A stretch of 64,000 bases of DNA from Hydrolagus affinis. Lineage: Eukaryota. Below the pieces are notes generated by a model. The model ran no database searches and was not told the origin of the DNA. It saw only the letters and a list, made by a program, of their open reading frames with translations. The position numbers were made by a program, and so were the translations under genes. Shown piece after piece: positions 23,593-36,819 of this stretch; position 1 is the stretch's first letter; every line of letters begins with the position of its first letter. Where the stretch lies: positions 186,001 to 250,000 of the forward strand of contig JAAILG010000001.1 in the NCBI GenBank assembly GCA_012026655.1. Direction: 5' to 3'.

Positions 23593-25151
23593 CTTATTTA
23601 TGGAACAATGATTCCTTATCAACAAAATATAAATTAAGTCGTAATTTATGTTTTGTATCGTAGTCAGATGCACACCAATTTGAATGGATTTTGTTTCATC
23701 TCAGATGCTTTCAGACAAGTAGCATGCATTCACTTTGAAATGAACTGTTAACCCTTCATTTAGCTAATTTACACACAATTAAAGGATTGCTTTGTGGAGT
23801 CTTGTTCCAGTTATACAATGATTGGTTCTTGTAGACTACAAACCACAGGTTTAGATGCCTGGTATCTGAGACATACCTGAGAGCTGTATGGACAATGATC
23901 TTCTGCTTTTAAAGCGTGTGACACTCTTCAAGTGGTAACTGAAATGTTAAAAAGAAAAGGAGGACTCTTGTAAATTCATAGCATTGCAACTCTCTTTGGC
24001 TTGAGTTTTGTGATGAAGTCAAAGAGAACTACCCCATTATGTATGGAGCCGCAAAACTGCTACATCAATGATGTTGTGTTATTGAGAGTTAATGTTCTTT
24101 TCAAAATACAGTACTTCTAATCTAGACAAGTAAAATTAGACCAACCAGAAATACCCTCAATCCTGTTCCTTCAGACATATATCTGATGCAGTCAGAAGGA
24201 GTTACTGAGTAAAAATAAAATGGTTTACCCTTAGGACCATGCTTGGCATACATAAAAAATTTAGAACAATATATAGTACTTTCAAAAGCCAGATTCCTGT
24301 TAGACCCAGATGGCAAGAATGAAAAAGTAAACAGCGCTGCTGGATTCACAGATATTGAGAATATTCGATAGCTGTAGAGTTTTACAGATTGTCATTGCAC
24401 AAGAAAAGCACAAAATAATTCTTAAAGGAACTGTCAAATAAATTTAAGCCAAAGCAAATATTAATTATTGGCCTACATGATAATGAGGATTAAAATTGTG
24501 TCCATTTTTAGGGCTGACTTTGTAAGCAAAGATGGGAACCAATGATAGGATTGCGCTTGAAGTGCCACAACTTGAAATTAATCTGATTTTAACAAATCAT
24601 TTGCTTTGGATCGTGCTCACTTACATTTCTATCTCCTCCCTCTCTCTCTCTCTCCTACACATGATTCTATAATGAAGAAGGAAAACAGGAGGTTTGTTCC
24701 CAGCCCTATTTCAATGCTGTTTTACTGTCAGTGTGACCTCATCTGCCAATTTGCTCTTCCAATCTTTGGGAAGGCATCTTGCTTCCCCAGAATGGCTCAA
24801 CAAGTTCAGGATGCGTACAAAGGCCACTCAACACATCGGCATGCTAATCTTTCATGACACTTTTTTTTAATATAACACATCATTATTGAATCAAAGGCAT
24901 TGATAAACATCATGATTTGGTAACATTAATGCATCAAAATCTACTTTGTTATATTGTGACTTTGAGGCACCATTGACAATGTCTACTCCTGACTTCACTC
25001 CAATCAACCATACTTGATTGGCTAATTTCTCAGCATTTGATAGATATTACGGAGGAAGAATTAAGAAGGAAATGTCAACCTCGATGTGTGCAGTGATGGA
25101 AGGTGGTGGTGGGGAGGCTACCAATTTTAAAATAAATATCACTCCAAACTT

Positions 25152-25552
25152 GTCAGCCTGGCTTAGATGATAGCATTCTCACTTGAGTCAGAAGGTTGTA
25201 CGTTCTATCTTATTTCTCTCGGTGCCCTGGCTAACAATCCTCAATATTCATTCAGTTCTTGGCTGTTTATGCACATTTTTTCGTCAGTCAGAGTATTAAG
25301 TGATATGGAGAGAAAGTGTGAAATTTTAAATGAAAGGATTAGTTAAGGTACAGATCAGCCATGATCTAATTAAATGGTGGAATGGGTTTGAAAGGCTGAA
25401 TGACCCACTCCTGTTCTTATGTTCCTATTGTGTTGTGAAAATTGCATTTGTATTCACCTACAAATACACAGTCACTTCACTCTACAGAACCTGTTAATTG
25501 CTTTGAGACATTTCAATGTGAAAAGGCTTTATATCAAATGAAAGTATTATTA
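25152..25552 (+). mobile_element. Degenerate Deu-type SINE interrupted by a CR1 3'UTR
   Basis: Head GTCAGCCTGGCTTAG...GAGTCAGAAGGTTGT, body TTCTCTCGGTGCCCTGGCTAACAATCCTC, and tail CCTACAAATACACAGTCACTTCAC...GCTTTGAGACA...GTGAAAAGGCTTTATATCAAATGAAAGTATTATT. Confidence 0.65.
25285..25428 (+). mobile_element. CR1 3'UTR fragment nested in a SINE
   Basis: GGTACAGATCAGCCATGATCTAATTAAATGGTGGAATGGGTTTGAAAGGCTGAATGACCCACTCCTGTTCTTATGTTCCTAT. Confidence 0.8.
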
Positions 25553-26999
25553 TAACAGAGCAAATGTATAGAACAGTTGTTGAAGTCAATATAAATGGCT
25601 GCATTTCTTTCATATTACAGAAACAACCTTGAGAACTAGCAGATTCTCAGCCAATTTTTGAACTGACAGGTGTACTTTAGTGATGCAGGCTTGAAATACA
25701 ATTAATACTATTATTCACACAATTAGAAAGAATCACAATTAGAAAGAATTACACTTTCAACACCCCAAAATAAAGAGTAACCTCATGTTTCATTATCTTA
25801 ATCTTCATTTCACTGACTTCCTTATTTCAATATTTTCCCCCACAAAATGTCACAGCTGACAGATGCATTGGAGAAGTTCTCTTGTGTTCTATAAATCCAT
25901 CTTGTTGATGAACTCAAAGTGTCCCTGGTTCATAAGACACGCAAGTGTACAGTGTGAGAGTCACTTTCATTGTGTTATGGGATTGTATCTATTTAGACAA
26001 ACATAAGTTCATAACATATTGATGCATTTGACCTGACATAGGTCAACATTCTGTACCAAAAGTGAATGCTGTATCAGGAATGATTTGGAATCTCGCTCCC
26101 CCTTAAGAATAAAAAAAGGTAACCATCTATTTTCTGCATGATGTAGCTCTGTATATTAATGTTTAAAATTCTTGATTTTGATGTAGTTTTCTTTTTATTC
26201 TGTGGGTACAACAGTAAGTTAAGCAGGCTAAAGCCATTTCCATGCAAATTGCTAAGTTGCAGAGTGTAATCGACTGTGGTGCAAACACAGCTTGAAAACA
26301 GCTCCAGTCCTTCAGGGAAAATTATTTCAGGCATTTCCAGGCAAAGAACGCACAATCATTTTGAAAATACGGACACATGAGTGAAGAGTGAAGAAGTGTT
26401 TGCTGGTTATATTTTTCTACAACAATTTGCATGTCTGGGTTGGAATTGGGCAAAATTAAGCATTATAGTTTGACATAGAACCATAAATATTTTGAAGACT
26501 ACAAAGATACTGTAATATTTAAGATGCTAAATTGCAATCATACGCAATTCTATAGCTGAATAATAATATACATACGCTTCAATTTTCAACCATTTTTTGC
26601 GTTTTGGTCACATAATTGATTCAATCACTGGGATTTGGGATATATGCACTTAAAAATAAAAGCCAAGTGGGATCAGGATTGCAAATGAAGTAATTTCACA
26701 TCTTTCCAAAGACTGTGTACTCATAATAACAGGTCAAACTATGTGATTTTTCATTGACTATATAAGTAATTGATTATTAACCTATTGAGTATTTCATTTG
26801 TTTCCATTTTCCATTGCAGAAATATTTCCATTCCCTACAAGGACTTTGTGTGGAATATGAATACTGAGGATATCATCAAGGAGAATTAGAAGAAACCTTG
26901 TTTCATCAAGGGTGTTAGATTAGTTTTAAAACTGAAATAAATGTTACATTCATTCAAAAGATTGTAAACTTACACATTTTAATCTAAAAAAGTTGATAA

Positions 27000-27150
27000 A
27001 TAATTCCTTGCAATTAATGTAGTTCAGGAGGATGCTCAAAGAGCTTCACAAGTTTTTCTGTAAAGCACAGGAAATATGTATTTGTAGGCGAACACGGCAG
27101 CCAATTTGCAAACAGCCACGTCCCACAAACAGTTATGAAGCAAATGACTA
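27000..27150 (-). mobile_element. SINE 3' half (Deu/SINE2-type)
   Basis: TCCTTGCA...CTCAAAGAGCTTCACA...GTAGGCGAACACGGCAGCCAATTTGCAAACAGCCACGTCCCACAAACAG. Confidence 0.75.
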
Positions 27151-27769
27151 ATTTAATTATTTTAACCCAACTCACCTAATACAGCAAATACTTTATGCTA
27201 TAGTTGTCTGCATACAAATTGTTGGACTCTGTTTTAATCTTTTGTTCTGTGTTTGAATCAATCCATATATGAACTTGAAATTATTCAACTATTTTGAAAG
27301 TGATTCCATTTGATTTCCTCAGAGAACTTAATCATGCAAACTCTGACCTTTACTGGCACTTCTTGGCAGTAAACATGCCACTGTCAGGATGTCAAAGGGC
27401 ATCTCTCACAGTGAATGTCATTCAGTTGTCATGGCGCCAAATGGCGTATCATCAAAGAAGTGAAGTAGTTGATAAATAATTATCCTATCTTTCATTTCTT
27501 CTCATTAGAAATGGCTCAGAAGATTTACACAAAATTACAATATCTACATTTAATTATCAACTTAACTTTTTTTAAAAACAAGATAGCAGATGCTTGCTGA
27601 ATCTGGTGAAGAGGTGCTTTTAAACTGCTGTGATTAAAGAAATGTCTGAGCTTGATCATAACTTCTGAACTCAACTGATATGGTATTACTGCTCAGCAAC
27701 ACTGTTGCCGCATACACTTTGAACATGCTCAGTGACAAGTCAGCCAACATCCACGTTTAATTTTACTAT

Positions 27770-28230
27770 CCCTTTGGAAATTTCCCTTCCTAGCTCATGG
27801 ATTGCACTAGCGTCAACTTTATATCCTTTCAAACTCACTTTGTAAGAACCTGGCTGCCTCCTCTAATTCCAGAGCTTGGTGTCATGTACATATTTACCCA
27901 AGAGCCTGTGAATCCAGAGCATTTGTGTATACTAAGAAAGGAGGTATCTCAGTCCAAACCCCTGAGGCATCCCACTCGAGCTCTGTTATTTCCATTTAAT
28001 TCCCCTATTGACTACCTTCTACTTACTTTCCATTAGCTAATCATTAATCCACTTCCAAGCTTTATTCTCGATACTCAGTGACATCAATTTGAAAAGGAAT
28101 CTCTTGCATGGTATTTTGTTAAAGATCCTTTGAAAGTCTAGGGACACTGTAGGTGTCATGACTTTACACTATGGGATTGGAACGTCACCTCCTCAATAAA
28201 GTCTGATTGGTAAGACAAGGTATACCCTTT
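27770..28230 (-). mobile_element. Degenerate CR1 reverse transcriptase fragment
   Basis: Minus-strand translation VSLDFQRIFNKIPCKRFLFKL...AWKWIND*L...KVVN...SGMPQG matches CR1 RT VYLDFQKAFDKVPH.RL..KL...WI..WL..R.QRVV...SGVPQG. Contains multiple stops. Confidence 0.75.
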
Positions 28231-29174
28231 CTGTTGAAAAAATAAATTGAATAATGAAAGAAAGAATGCTAAAAACAGAGCAGAACAGTGGTTCACACAT
28301 CATATTATCTGTGCATAGAAATAGTAATTAATTAAGGATTCCAAATGATAATCAGTCAAACAATCTATATAGTTCCACAAGGTTTTGTTTTACAATTTCT
28401 GCAATAATTTTGATGCCGTATTAAAATGTGGGTACTGTATACTTGATAAATGTCCATCTAATATCCCCTGGTATGTGCAGAAAAGGCTTTGGAATGCAGA
28501 TGGATTTAATTTGCGTTTTTATGTTTTGCTGCTGCCTGCTTTTGGGAAGATACCTTATCTAATGTCCCTAAAGTGGATTTTATTTTCTTCGAAAATTCTT
28601 TGAAATGTTCGCTTGCTGTCATTTAGCAAAAGTATAAGAAAATGTGATTGTTTGAGACCTGGAATGTAGAATGTACATCGGAGCCATGTGTAATGATAAC
28701 TGAAGATCATACTGAGCATGAAGTATAAGTATTTATTAGAGTAAAACAACTTTTATCAGCTGTCAGACCCACTGCTAACGAGGACGTAATAATGCACATT
28801 GTAAAATTGCTTTGGCAGTTGCCCTGCGTCCACTCATTGAAAGCCTATTTTTCGTGGTCTCAGTAAATTACTTTTGTTTTATCCATCTGCTTCCAACACA
28901 CATGATAATGAAATTAAACGGTCCAGGGCAATGGTCAGTCAATGAGAGAGGGGCAAGAGGTTACAGTCTTCTAGTTAAACTAGGATGGCTCAGATTTTAA
29001 ACCAACAAATTGATATATTTTCTTATCTGCCCAGATTAATAATGAATGGACATCTCAAGCACTTTTTGCTGTCATTCAGTGGAAAATGTTACTCATTTAA
29101 GGCTGTCGATGTACGTGTGAGTATACACTAGCAAGAGAGAATATGCAATTCACTGGAAATAAAAGTACCATTTA

Positions 29175-29310
29175 TTTTGCATTGATATAGCATCTATACA
29201 TTAAAATTGTAATTACCATCAAATAGAGTGATTATGTATTTATAGGCAAATGTAGCTGCCATTCTGCTCACAGTGAGGTCCAAGAAACAGCAATGAAGTG
29301 AATGAAACAT
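29175..29310 (-). mobile_element. Old SINE 3' half
   Basis: TTGCATTGATATAGCA...TAGGCAAATGTAGCTGCCATTCTGCTCACAGTGAGGTCCAAGAAACAGCAATGAAGTGAATGA. Confidence 0.55.
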
Positions 29311-31180
29311 TTATGAAGCATTGTTAGTCAGTACACTAGAGAAAGTCAACTGCATTAAATCTGTACAGTATTATTTTTTCCTGCCACCCATTTAATGCTA
29401 AACAAAAACACCCGATTAATTGACTCTGGCAATTGTATTGATTTTCACCTTCTGAGGCAATAATGTCTATCTATCACAGCAAGCTGGCATGTCCATTGGC
29501 TTAAACCAGCCAAGGATAGACCAGCCCACCAAAAAAAAAGCCAGCCAACCACGTGGGTTTAGCATTATTGGTCTGTCTGAATTCTACTCAAAGATTGGGG
29601 GAAGCTCCAAAACAAGAAAAATAAAAAGTCCTGAATTGTGAGTTGAAAACAAAGCGAATTCCAGGTAGCAAAAGCCTCGGGCTGCCTGAGCTTCATTTGA
29701 ATTGGTTCTTAAGTTATCATTAAGCTAAATGCAGCAGTTAGTTCTTCATTCGTCTTATTGCCATGGTGATGGTTAGCAGGAGAAGGGGGAAGAGGAAGAA
29801 GAGTGTCAGGGGTAAAGCAGTCTGTAGCTCTCAGACACCTTGGTGCCAAGGACAATTACTGAGGCCTTACACAACCTACTAATTGAGCGATTAGATTTTT
29901 TTGCTCAGCTTCCCACAGCTGAGATGATTCTTACACAGAATATATTGTTTCATACCTCCCTCACTGATCTTTTTCTGTAAACTCAGGTTATTAATAGTTA
30001 CATGTCTCACCATTTCTCAATTCTTTAGATTCAGTTTCAGAAAAATAAGGAAATCCACATGATGTTGGCTAATGTCATTCACTTGTTTCCTGTCTGAAGT
30101 GAGGCTGAGAGGTATATTATCCACAAAACTGGAAAACTAAAGGAAATCGTTTTGTAAATAAAATACATTTCCTCAGTTGCCCTTGACGTCAGGAAACACT
30201 AGTGGATGGTATTGAGCAAATGGAACAGGTTTAGATACTTTCTGTCAACCGAAAATTTATCAACAGTCATAATTTCAATGCAAATGCAAACATAATATTT
30301 ACTATAAAGTGTAGGCAAATACAATAGCCAATTTGTGAACAGCAATGTCCCACATAGAGCTAAGAAGTAAAACGAGCATGATACAAATAGAAAGTCCCTT
30401 ATCCATTCAATTAGTGCTTGCGATTTTCAGCATCCATCAGAACAGCCTTATTCTGAATGTTTTATCTATTAATCGTTAAGATCACTATTGCTGAAGTCAC
30501 ATTGGCAAGACACTTTATAAATATTGCCTTGCCTGTTTCAACTGGATCAGTGGTATAAATGGGGATGGCGACAGTCAGTATAGTGAAAAGCACAATTGGA
30601 TTCCTTGTTGTGTTGTGATACCCCATATCTTGGGTATGGATTATTATAATCCCAGAATGTGATCCAGGAATGATGCCGTTTGAACTCTTGCTAATCTCTG
30701 TTCCTCTTCCTTTTTTTAATGGGCTTCTGCTAATATAACTATGCGGCAGCCATTTTTTCAGGAAAATAATGTTCTCTCAATTATCGTCCATTAAATACTT
30801 CTTGAGGATGATTTAGAGGAAGTGAAAACAGATGTAAACCATTTTCACGGAAGTCTGTCATTTGCGGGATATTTATCTGTTGTAAATAGCACACAGAGGA
30901 GGAGTTGTGCTAGGTTTGTGGAGAATGGGTCTCTAGTTGAAAGACTGACTTTTCTGAAACTAGTGGAAAAATTGCACATGTCACAGTGAGGATAATGTAG
31001 GGTTACAAAACTTCTGCACTGGAAGAGTGGTAGATAATGTTGAAGTCACCAATTGTACTGGTAGAATCATAACTCCTTTGAAAATTGGGCCTCTTATAAG
31101 TAACTTACACTGAAGTCTATTTCCGTAGAGTTTTAACAATCTACCTGCCAAATGCTTTCATATTTTGTATATTGCTTAGA

Positions 31181-31281
31181 AAATATACAGTCAATTCACT
31201 TTACAGTGTATTCTGTGAAGTGCTTTGAGCCACCTCAACAACATAAGGCACTACATCGAATGCAAGGATAATTATTATATT
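31181..31281 (+). mobile_element. SINE 3' tail
   Basis: AAATATACAGTCAATTCACTTTACAGTGTATTCTGTGAAGTGCTTTGAG...GAATGCAAGGATAATTATT. Confidence 0.85.
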
Positions 31282-33402
31282 AGTAAGTGTGTCTTATAGG
31301 GAAAGTTTACTACACTTTTTATCTGTATAATTAACTATTTCCCTAAATCTTGTTTCTTATTTTCTCATTTAGGAAGTTGGTGAATACCAATGGAGAAGGG
31401 GATTCATGATACAACTGTGTACAGTACTTTCAACTGCAAACAAAATGAAGCACACAGTTTCAAGCAATCAACTTCAGTGAATCTGCTGGGTCTAACCATT
31501 TCTATTCACGCAAGATGCATTGTTTTCATATCAATCAGTTACTTAAGTGTATTAATATGCAAAAGACTATATTAAGATTCTGCTTCAAATAATAAAATAT
31601 AGGTCAACAAAAGGGACACTGTCTCTTTAAGGCTACATATTAGAGCAATCATAATGATTCATTGTCTTTGTCTAACGACATGATCTCCTTCTAGAGACAG
31701 AACAGTGGGCGTTGGAAAATATACAGCAGCCCACCATGGTCAGTATGAGGCATAACAGGAAATGACTGTGGGTGTTAGCCTTGTCAGAAATACTTGGACA
31801 AAATGCTGACTTTGCAGATAAGAAGCCAACATTGAAATGTGGGAAAACTATTAAAATACTTATGATTATCATTTGGGAAACTGTGCTCCACTTACTGAAC
31901 AAGCATGAATGCAAATAGCAAGACTACCAGGCTCTTTTACATCTAGCTCCTCACATCCGTACAGAAGTGCTGGCAAAATTTCACCAGCTTTGATTATAGT
32001 TTTATACATTCATGTAAATTTAGTTTTATGCATTCTATAATTTCATTTTATGATTGCACATAAAATAGCTGAATTTTATGTATACCTGTTACTCGAGTTT
32101 TATGTATTTGATAATTTCATTCCTTAATTTCTTATATAGTTTAGAAATTTTACAATTTCACATGAAAAAGAGCTGACATCACAAATATCATGGTTTTGAT
32201 TTCTATTACAGTTAAAACAGTGCAGTCATCTGCCCATAATAGTTACTGTCTCACGTCTAATTTTCTTGCCTAGTCGTAGATATGGATTTAAAATATTTTA
32301 CAGCTCCTTCCTGTAATGTTCCTTTCCTCATCTGATGGTCAAACTCATATTCTGTCAGTGATGGAAAGTTATAACTAATATCACTCATGTTAAAAGTTGT
32401 GTCTATATTAAAAGGAAAAATGGGCTCAGTCTCATTTGTCTGTAATGATAGTCTAAAAACTTGATTCAATGCAGCTTATATTGCATACAGTTGCATTTAT
32501 TAAAACATTATTTTTTTTAAAAAACTCCTAAAGAAGGACACATGATGAAAACATAGAATAGAGCTATCTGAATGGTCGCTGTAACAATGAAGACCAAAGC
32601 ATTGTATAAGTCCCTTTAAAGACAGTTTAGGAAATTAAAAATTGCCAGTCTCTTCTTCTGCAAAAAAAACACTTGGAAATAGATATATCAGTAAGCAGAT
32701 TACTGCAAATGCAATGAAAAAAAGATTAAATAATTCTAAAAAGGGAGGATAACACAGTTTTCTGTTTTTGTAGATTTCAGTATATCTGTGAAAGAACAGA
32801 GAAAAGGACACTGCTACTTTAAATGGTAGTTATTACTTTTCTGTTCATTTTTGGATCATTTGCTTGTTTAAAGTTTAAGTTTAAAGGGCCTTTAAGTTTA
32901 AATACAAAAAAAGTGCTTTAAGATATTAAACTCTGTTGTTAAAATAAATAAATTCACTAATGCCGTTTCTCACAGATGTAGAAAGGATTTCTAGAATCCA
33001 TGCCAGCTCCTATTTAATCCCAGATGTCTACGGAAAAAAAAGATAACAGTAAATGAAAACATATGTGGAGCATGAATTCCCACTCTAAACGGCTGATTTC
33101 ATGGTTTAAACTAAGGAGGAGATTTTTTTTCAAACAGTAATGAATTTGATTAAATTTTAGCCCTGTGATTTATAAATATAATTTAAAGTGAAGGTTAGTG
33201 AAGAGAATGTTTATAACTACTCAGATTTGTATTCAACAATCAGTTTGATACTCAAAGAAATGTTCATTGTTGTGGCAAAACTGGCTGAGCCACAACAGCA
33301 TGCACTTATGTTTCTGTGAGGACTGAAGGTCACACACAAATTGGAGCAATTTCACAAACTATACTACTTTTAACCGCAAAGTTAACTAACTAGTGCAAAC
33401 TT

Positions 33403-33712
33403 GTGGAGTCCTGTAGTTCAGTGGTTAAAGCACTCGCCTCGCAAGCAAGAAAACTGGGTTCGATTCCCAGCAGTGCAAAACTTTCAGCATTTCCTTACTC
33501 CACACGCCTGATAATAATCCCTCAAGAAAGGAAACAATAATAAATTGGGCATTTCAATCTACAACTGTTTGTGGGACACTGCTGTGCACAATTGGTGTTG
33601 CCACAAAATATACAGTCAATTCACTTTACAGTATATTCTGTGAAGCGCTTTGAAATGTCTAGAAGATGTGAAAAATGCTACAACAAATTCAAGCATTATT
33701 TATTATTATTAT
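33403..33712 (+). mobile_element. Full-length tRNA-headed SINE (short, internally deleted subfamily) with TSD
   Basis: GTGGAGTCCTGTAGTTCAGTGGTTAAAGCACTCGCC...GGGTTCGATTCCCAGC head and L2-type tail. Flanked by AAACTT at 33397-33402 and 33713-33718. Confidence 0.92.
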
Positions 33713-34269
33713 AAACTTAAATCCACTCCTCCACGAAACATTGATATACGCTTGTCCCAAGCCAGTTATACTCCTGCTCAGCATCCCATAACAGTTCTCT
33801 GACACACATGGCGCTCAGTTTATGATCTCACCGAGGGAGGCCCTGAGGATAGCTTTGTGTGGCAAATGGAACACAATTTGCAATCTCACCTCACCTGAGA
33901 GGCAAGCACAAGAAAATGGAACGACCCCATTGATGCAAGAGGAGGTGCTTTCTGATCTTCGGGTTAAAGCAGGTTGGAACAAAGTTACAAAAGTTTTACT
34001 TTGGATCAAATCTTTACGTATATCTGACCAGAGTGCTACAGGTTGTCACTAAGAGTTGAACGTGCACAATTTTTATGGGATTCTTTAATAAAAAGCTCCT
34101 TCTGATAAGTGTGCAGAATATCTACTATAACAAAGGTTGCCCAGCACTGAAATCTGTTGTTTTGATAAATGTAAAATATTTGCAGGAACAAAACTAAAAA
34201 AACAACAAATCCAGTTGCTTACAATGCTTATATGGCAAAGAAACAATTTAGGCATCATTGTGAGTCAAT

Positions 34270-34351
34270 AGAGTATATTCCGTGAAGCGTTTTGAGACTT
34301 CGATAAGATGTGAAAAGCGCTACATCAAATTCAAGGAGTATTATCATTATT
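34270..34351 (+). mobile_element. SINE 3' tail
   Basis: GTATATTCCGTGAAGCGTTTTGAGACTTCGATAAGATGTGAAAAGCGCTACATCAAATTCAAGGAGTATTATCATTATT. Confidence 0.85.
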
Positions 34352-34406
34352 ATGTGGATAAAATAATCAGTAGTGCATATTACATACAAATTAACAATCA
34401 ATAATC

Positions 34407-34530
34407 AATAATCCTTGCTTTTCATTTAGCGACTTCCATGTCGCCAGGATGTCTCAAAGCGCTTCACGGAACTTTCTGTGATGTGTAGTGACTGTGTAAT
34501 TTGGGGGCTAGACATGGCAGTCAATTCGCA
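34407..34530 (-). mobile_element. SINE 3' half (variant)
   Basis: AATAATCCTTGC...GATGTCTCAAAGCGCTTCAC...GTGTAGTGACTGTG...CATGGCAGTCAATT; same variant as 63905-64000. Confidence 0.75.
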
Positions 34531-34555
34531 CACACACAACACCTAAGAAGTTATG

Positions 34556-34770
34556 ATAATAATAATCCTTGCATTCGATGGAGCACCTTATCACATCTTC
34601 GAGACGTCTCAAAGCGCTTCACAGAATATACTGTAAAGTGAATTGACAGTCTATTTTGTGGTGAAATGTGGCAGCCAATTACACACAGCAATGGTCAATT
34701 TTATCTGGTGGATTGTTGGTCAGGACAACAGGAGAAATTCCCTTTAAAATAGTGCCCATGGGATCTTTAA
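34556..34770 (-). mobile_element. SINE 3' half running into Deu core sequence
   Basis: Tail TCCTTGCATTCGAT...GAGACGTCTCAAAGCGCTTCACAGAATATACTGTAAAGTGAATTGAC, followed by GGTCAGGACAACAGGAGAAATTCCC...ATAGTGCCCATGGGATCTTTAA. Confidence 0.85.
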
Positions 34771-35617
34771 TTTCCTTCTCGCTGACTTCCACCAGCAACC
34801 CCGTCCCATATTATGACACCAAACTCATTATCCAGCATCCACAAAAGTGCCTAGTTAAAGTTACTGGATTCAGGATTCAAAATAATACCACCAAAGCTAT
34901 TCAAAATTATTAACATAAAATTGTCATAAATAGAATCACATTCTTAGTGGGAAATGGAATATATTTCATGCATGAGCACCCTGTATAACTCCCATATAAT
35001 TTACATATCTCATTTGAAACATTTGGTATCCCCTCGTAATGCACCCAATTGATACAATGCAATGCAATTTTGTGAAGATGTAACCATTTTGCATTAATTT
35101 TGTGAACTCTCATGGCATTTGAAAGGATGGTTATCAAATGATATAATTGCTTCAGATAATATGGCAGCCATTCCTCTGGTCACTAATCTTAGCAAAAATA
35201 GATGTGGGTAAACAGGAATGGATTGTTTGAGAGATCTTAGAAAGAGTTAAGCTTGCACTGAGCATTCAAATCTCTCAAAAATGAGATTAAAAAAGTAGCA
35301 AAAAGGAGGGGTGGGGGGTGGGAAACTAATTTCACTTGTTAAAAGAAGTCCTCCATTGTTTTAGAATTCACCAAAAGTACATCAAACCAAATTAAAATAG
35401 CATAGTGTTTTTTTTAAACGGTCAACTGGATGTGCCTGTTTATTCCATGTAATCTATGGTGCAGGTTATCGCTCAAAGTTACCCCCTGATCTGTGTGAGC
35501 CTACAACAGTGGGTAGCAGTGAGGTTTCAGAATCCCTCTGGCTGCAAAATCTCTACAAGAAAATTATTGTCTACCAACAGGGCCAATATCGCAATTAAAG
35601 GACAACACCTACAAAAA

Positions 35618-35743
35618 GCAGTGCTCCCCTTATAGCGCTGGAATGCAAACCTAAACTGTGAATTCAAAATCCCTGACACAGAACTTGAACCCGCACTCTT
35701 CTGTCTCAGAGGCACAAGTACAACTAAATTGAGACAAGCTAAC
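35618..35743 (-). mobile_element. Deu-type SINE 5' portion (tRNA head)
   Basis: GCAGTGCTCCCC...CTGGAATG...ACTTGAACCCGCACTCTTCTGTCTCAGAGGCACAAGT, homologous to 3680-3730. Confidence 0.6.
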
Positions 35744-36819
35744 ATTATTGTAATAAGGATCCTTTTTTAAGCCAATAATACCCCTACAGTTTCTACACTC
35801 AGCATTTAAGCATGTTGGATGTTCTATATTTATAATCATTCCACTATTAACATTATTTTGTTTTCTGAACTCAAGTGCTTCCAAGATCTACATTTATAAC
35901 ATCTACGTAGAAACAAATTCCAGGATTAGCTTTCAAAGCTCAATGAAAGGAGGTGTTCGTACTATTTCTAGTAGGCTAGGAGTAAGAAAATATTGTCATT
36001 ATTAAAAAAAACTTTGAGATTGTTTTTTATACTCTGACACCTTTTTGATTTATATTTTCTGCTTTAATTGGCTTGGCTTCAGACTGAATCACAGCCACTC
36101 AAGATGCAGGCTTCAGGTTCTCAGTAATTGAATCTGTTGAGATAAATTTTTTTGGATGTGGTATATTCTACTTAAGAGTAATCTATAATTATTATATATT
36201 TACTTACATTTTCTTTGCCATATGGCACCATTTTGTTCTCGTTACTGTAATTTCTAATGTAAATGATATAATTACATCCACCTTCCCTAATGAGAGGTCT
36301 GCATAAATTGCTTAGGATACTGTACGTGAAACAGTCACTCACACGTGATACCTTACCTTATTTTGGCAGATGTAAAGGCTGTTTTGTTTTAAATCACAGA
36401 GTGGAGACTCCTCTAACTTATTTGATAAACAGATACACTCCATTCATTTCAATTGTGCATCAAATATCAATGTTTGTACGAAGTTGTTATAATAATTCAA
36501 TATTTAATTCAGGTTATCTACACATTTGTTTAAATTGAGGTTCTCAAGTGGGATCTGTGCGAGAGGGTCAAGACTATAACACATTTCAACCGCTATAACA
36601 TGAATTAAAATTGTTCTATTGACTTGGTTTAATGAAAGGTTCACTAACACACTAACTAATAACGAAGAATGTTATTTTTTGTTGATGGGAAAGATCAGAC
36701 GTTCCGGAAAATAGGGAAAGCACATTTCCAAGCTTTGTGTCAAAGATTTGTCCCAATTAAAAAAACAACAAGCCTTGGCAAGAATTCTCAAGAGATACAA
36801 GTTATCCCCTTAGAAGTAA

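Noticed and set aside
25716-25750. Short tandem duplication (CACAATTAGAAAGAAT)x2; also (AGTCAGTAAA)x2 near 21529
   Set aside because: Ordinary replication-slippage duplications.
26805-26915. Strong acceptor TTTTCCATTGCAG with following sequence
   Set aside because: All three frames hit stops within about 70 nt and there is no good donor.
30184-30197. Full CRE palindrome TGACGTCA next to an ETS-like AGGAAA
   Set aside because: Single short motif with no promoter context.
30982-31013. CACAGTG...ACAAAACTT resembling a V(D)J recombination signal
   Set aside because: The spacer is 16 nt rather than 12 or 23, the nonamer is imperfect, and no V/D/J segment is adjacent.
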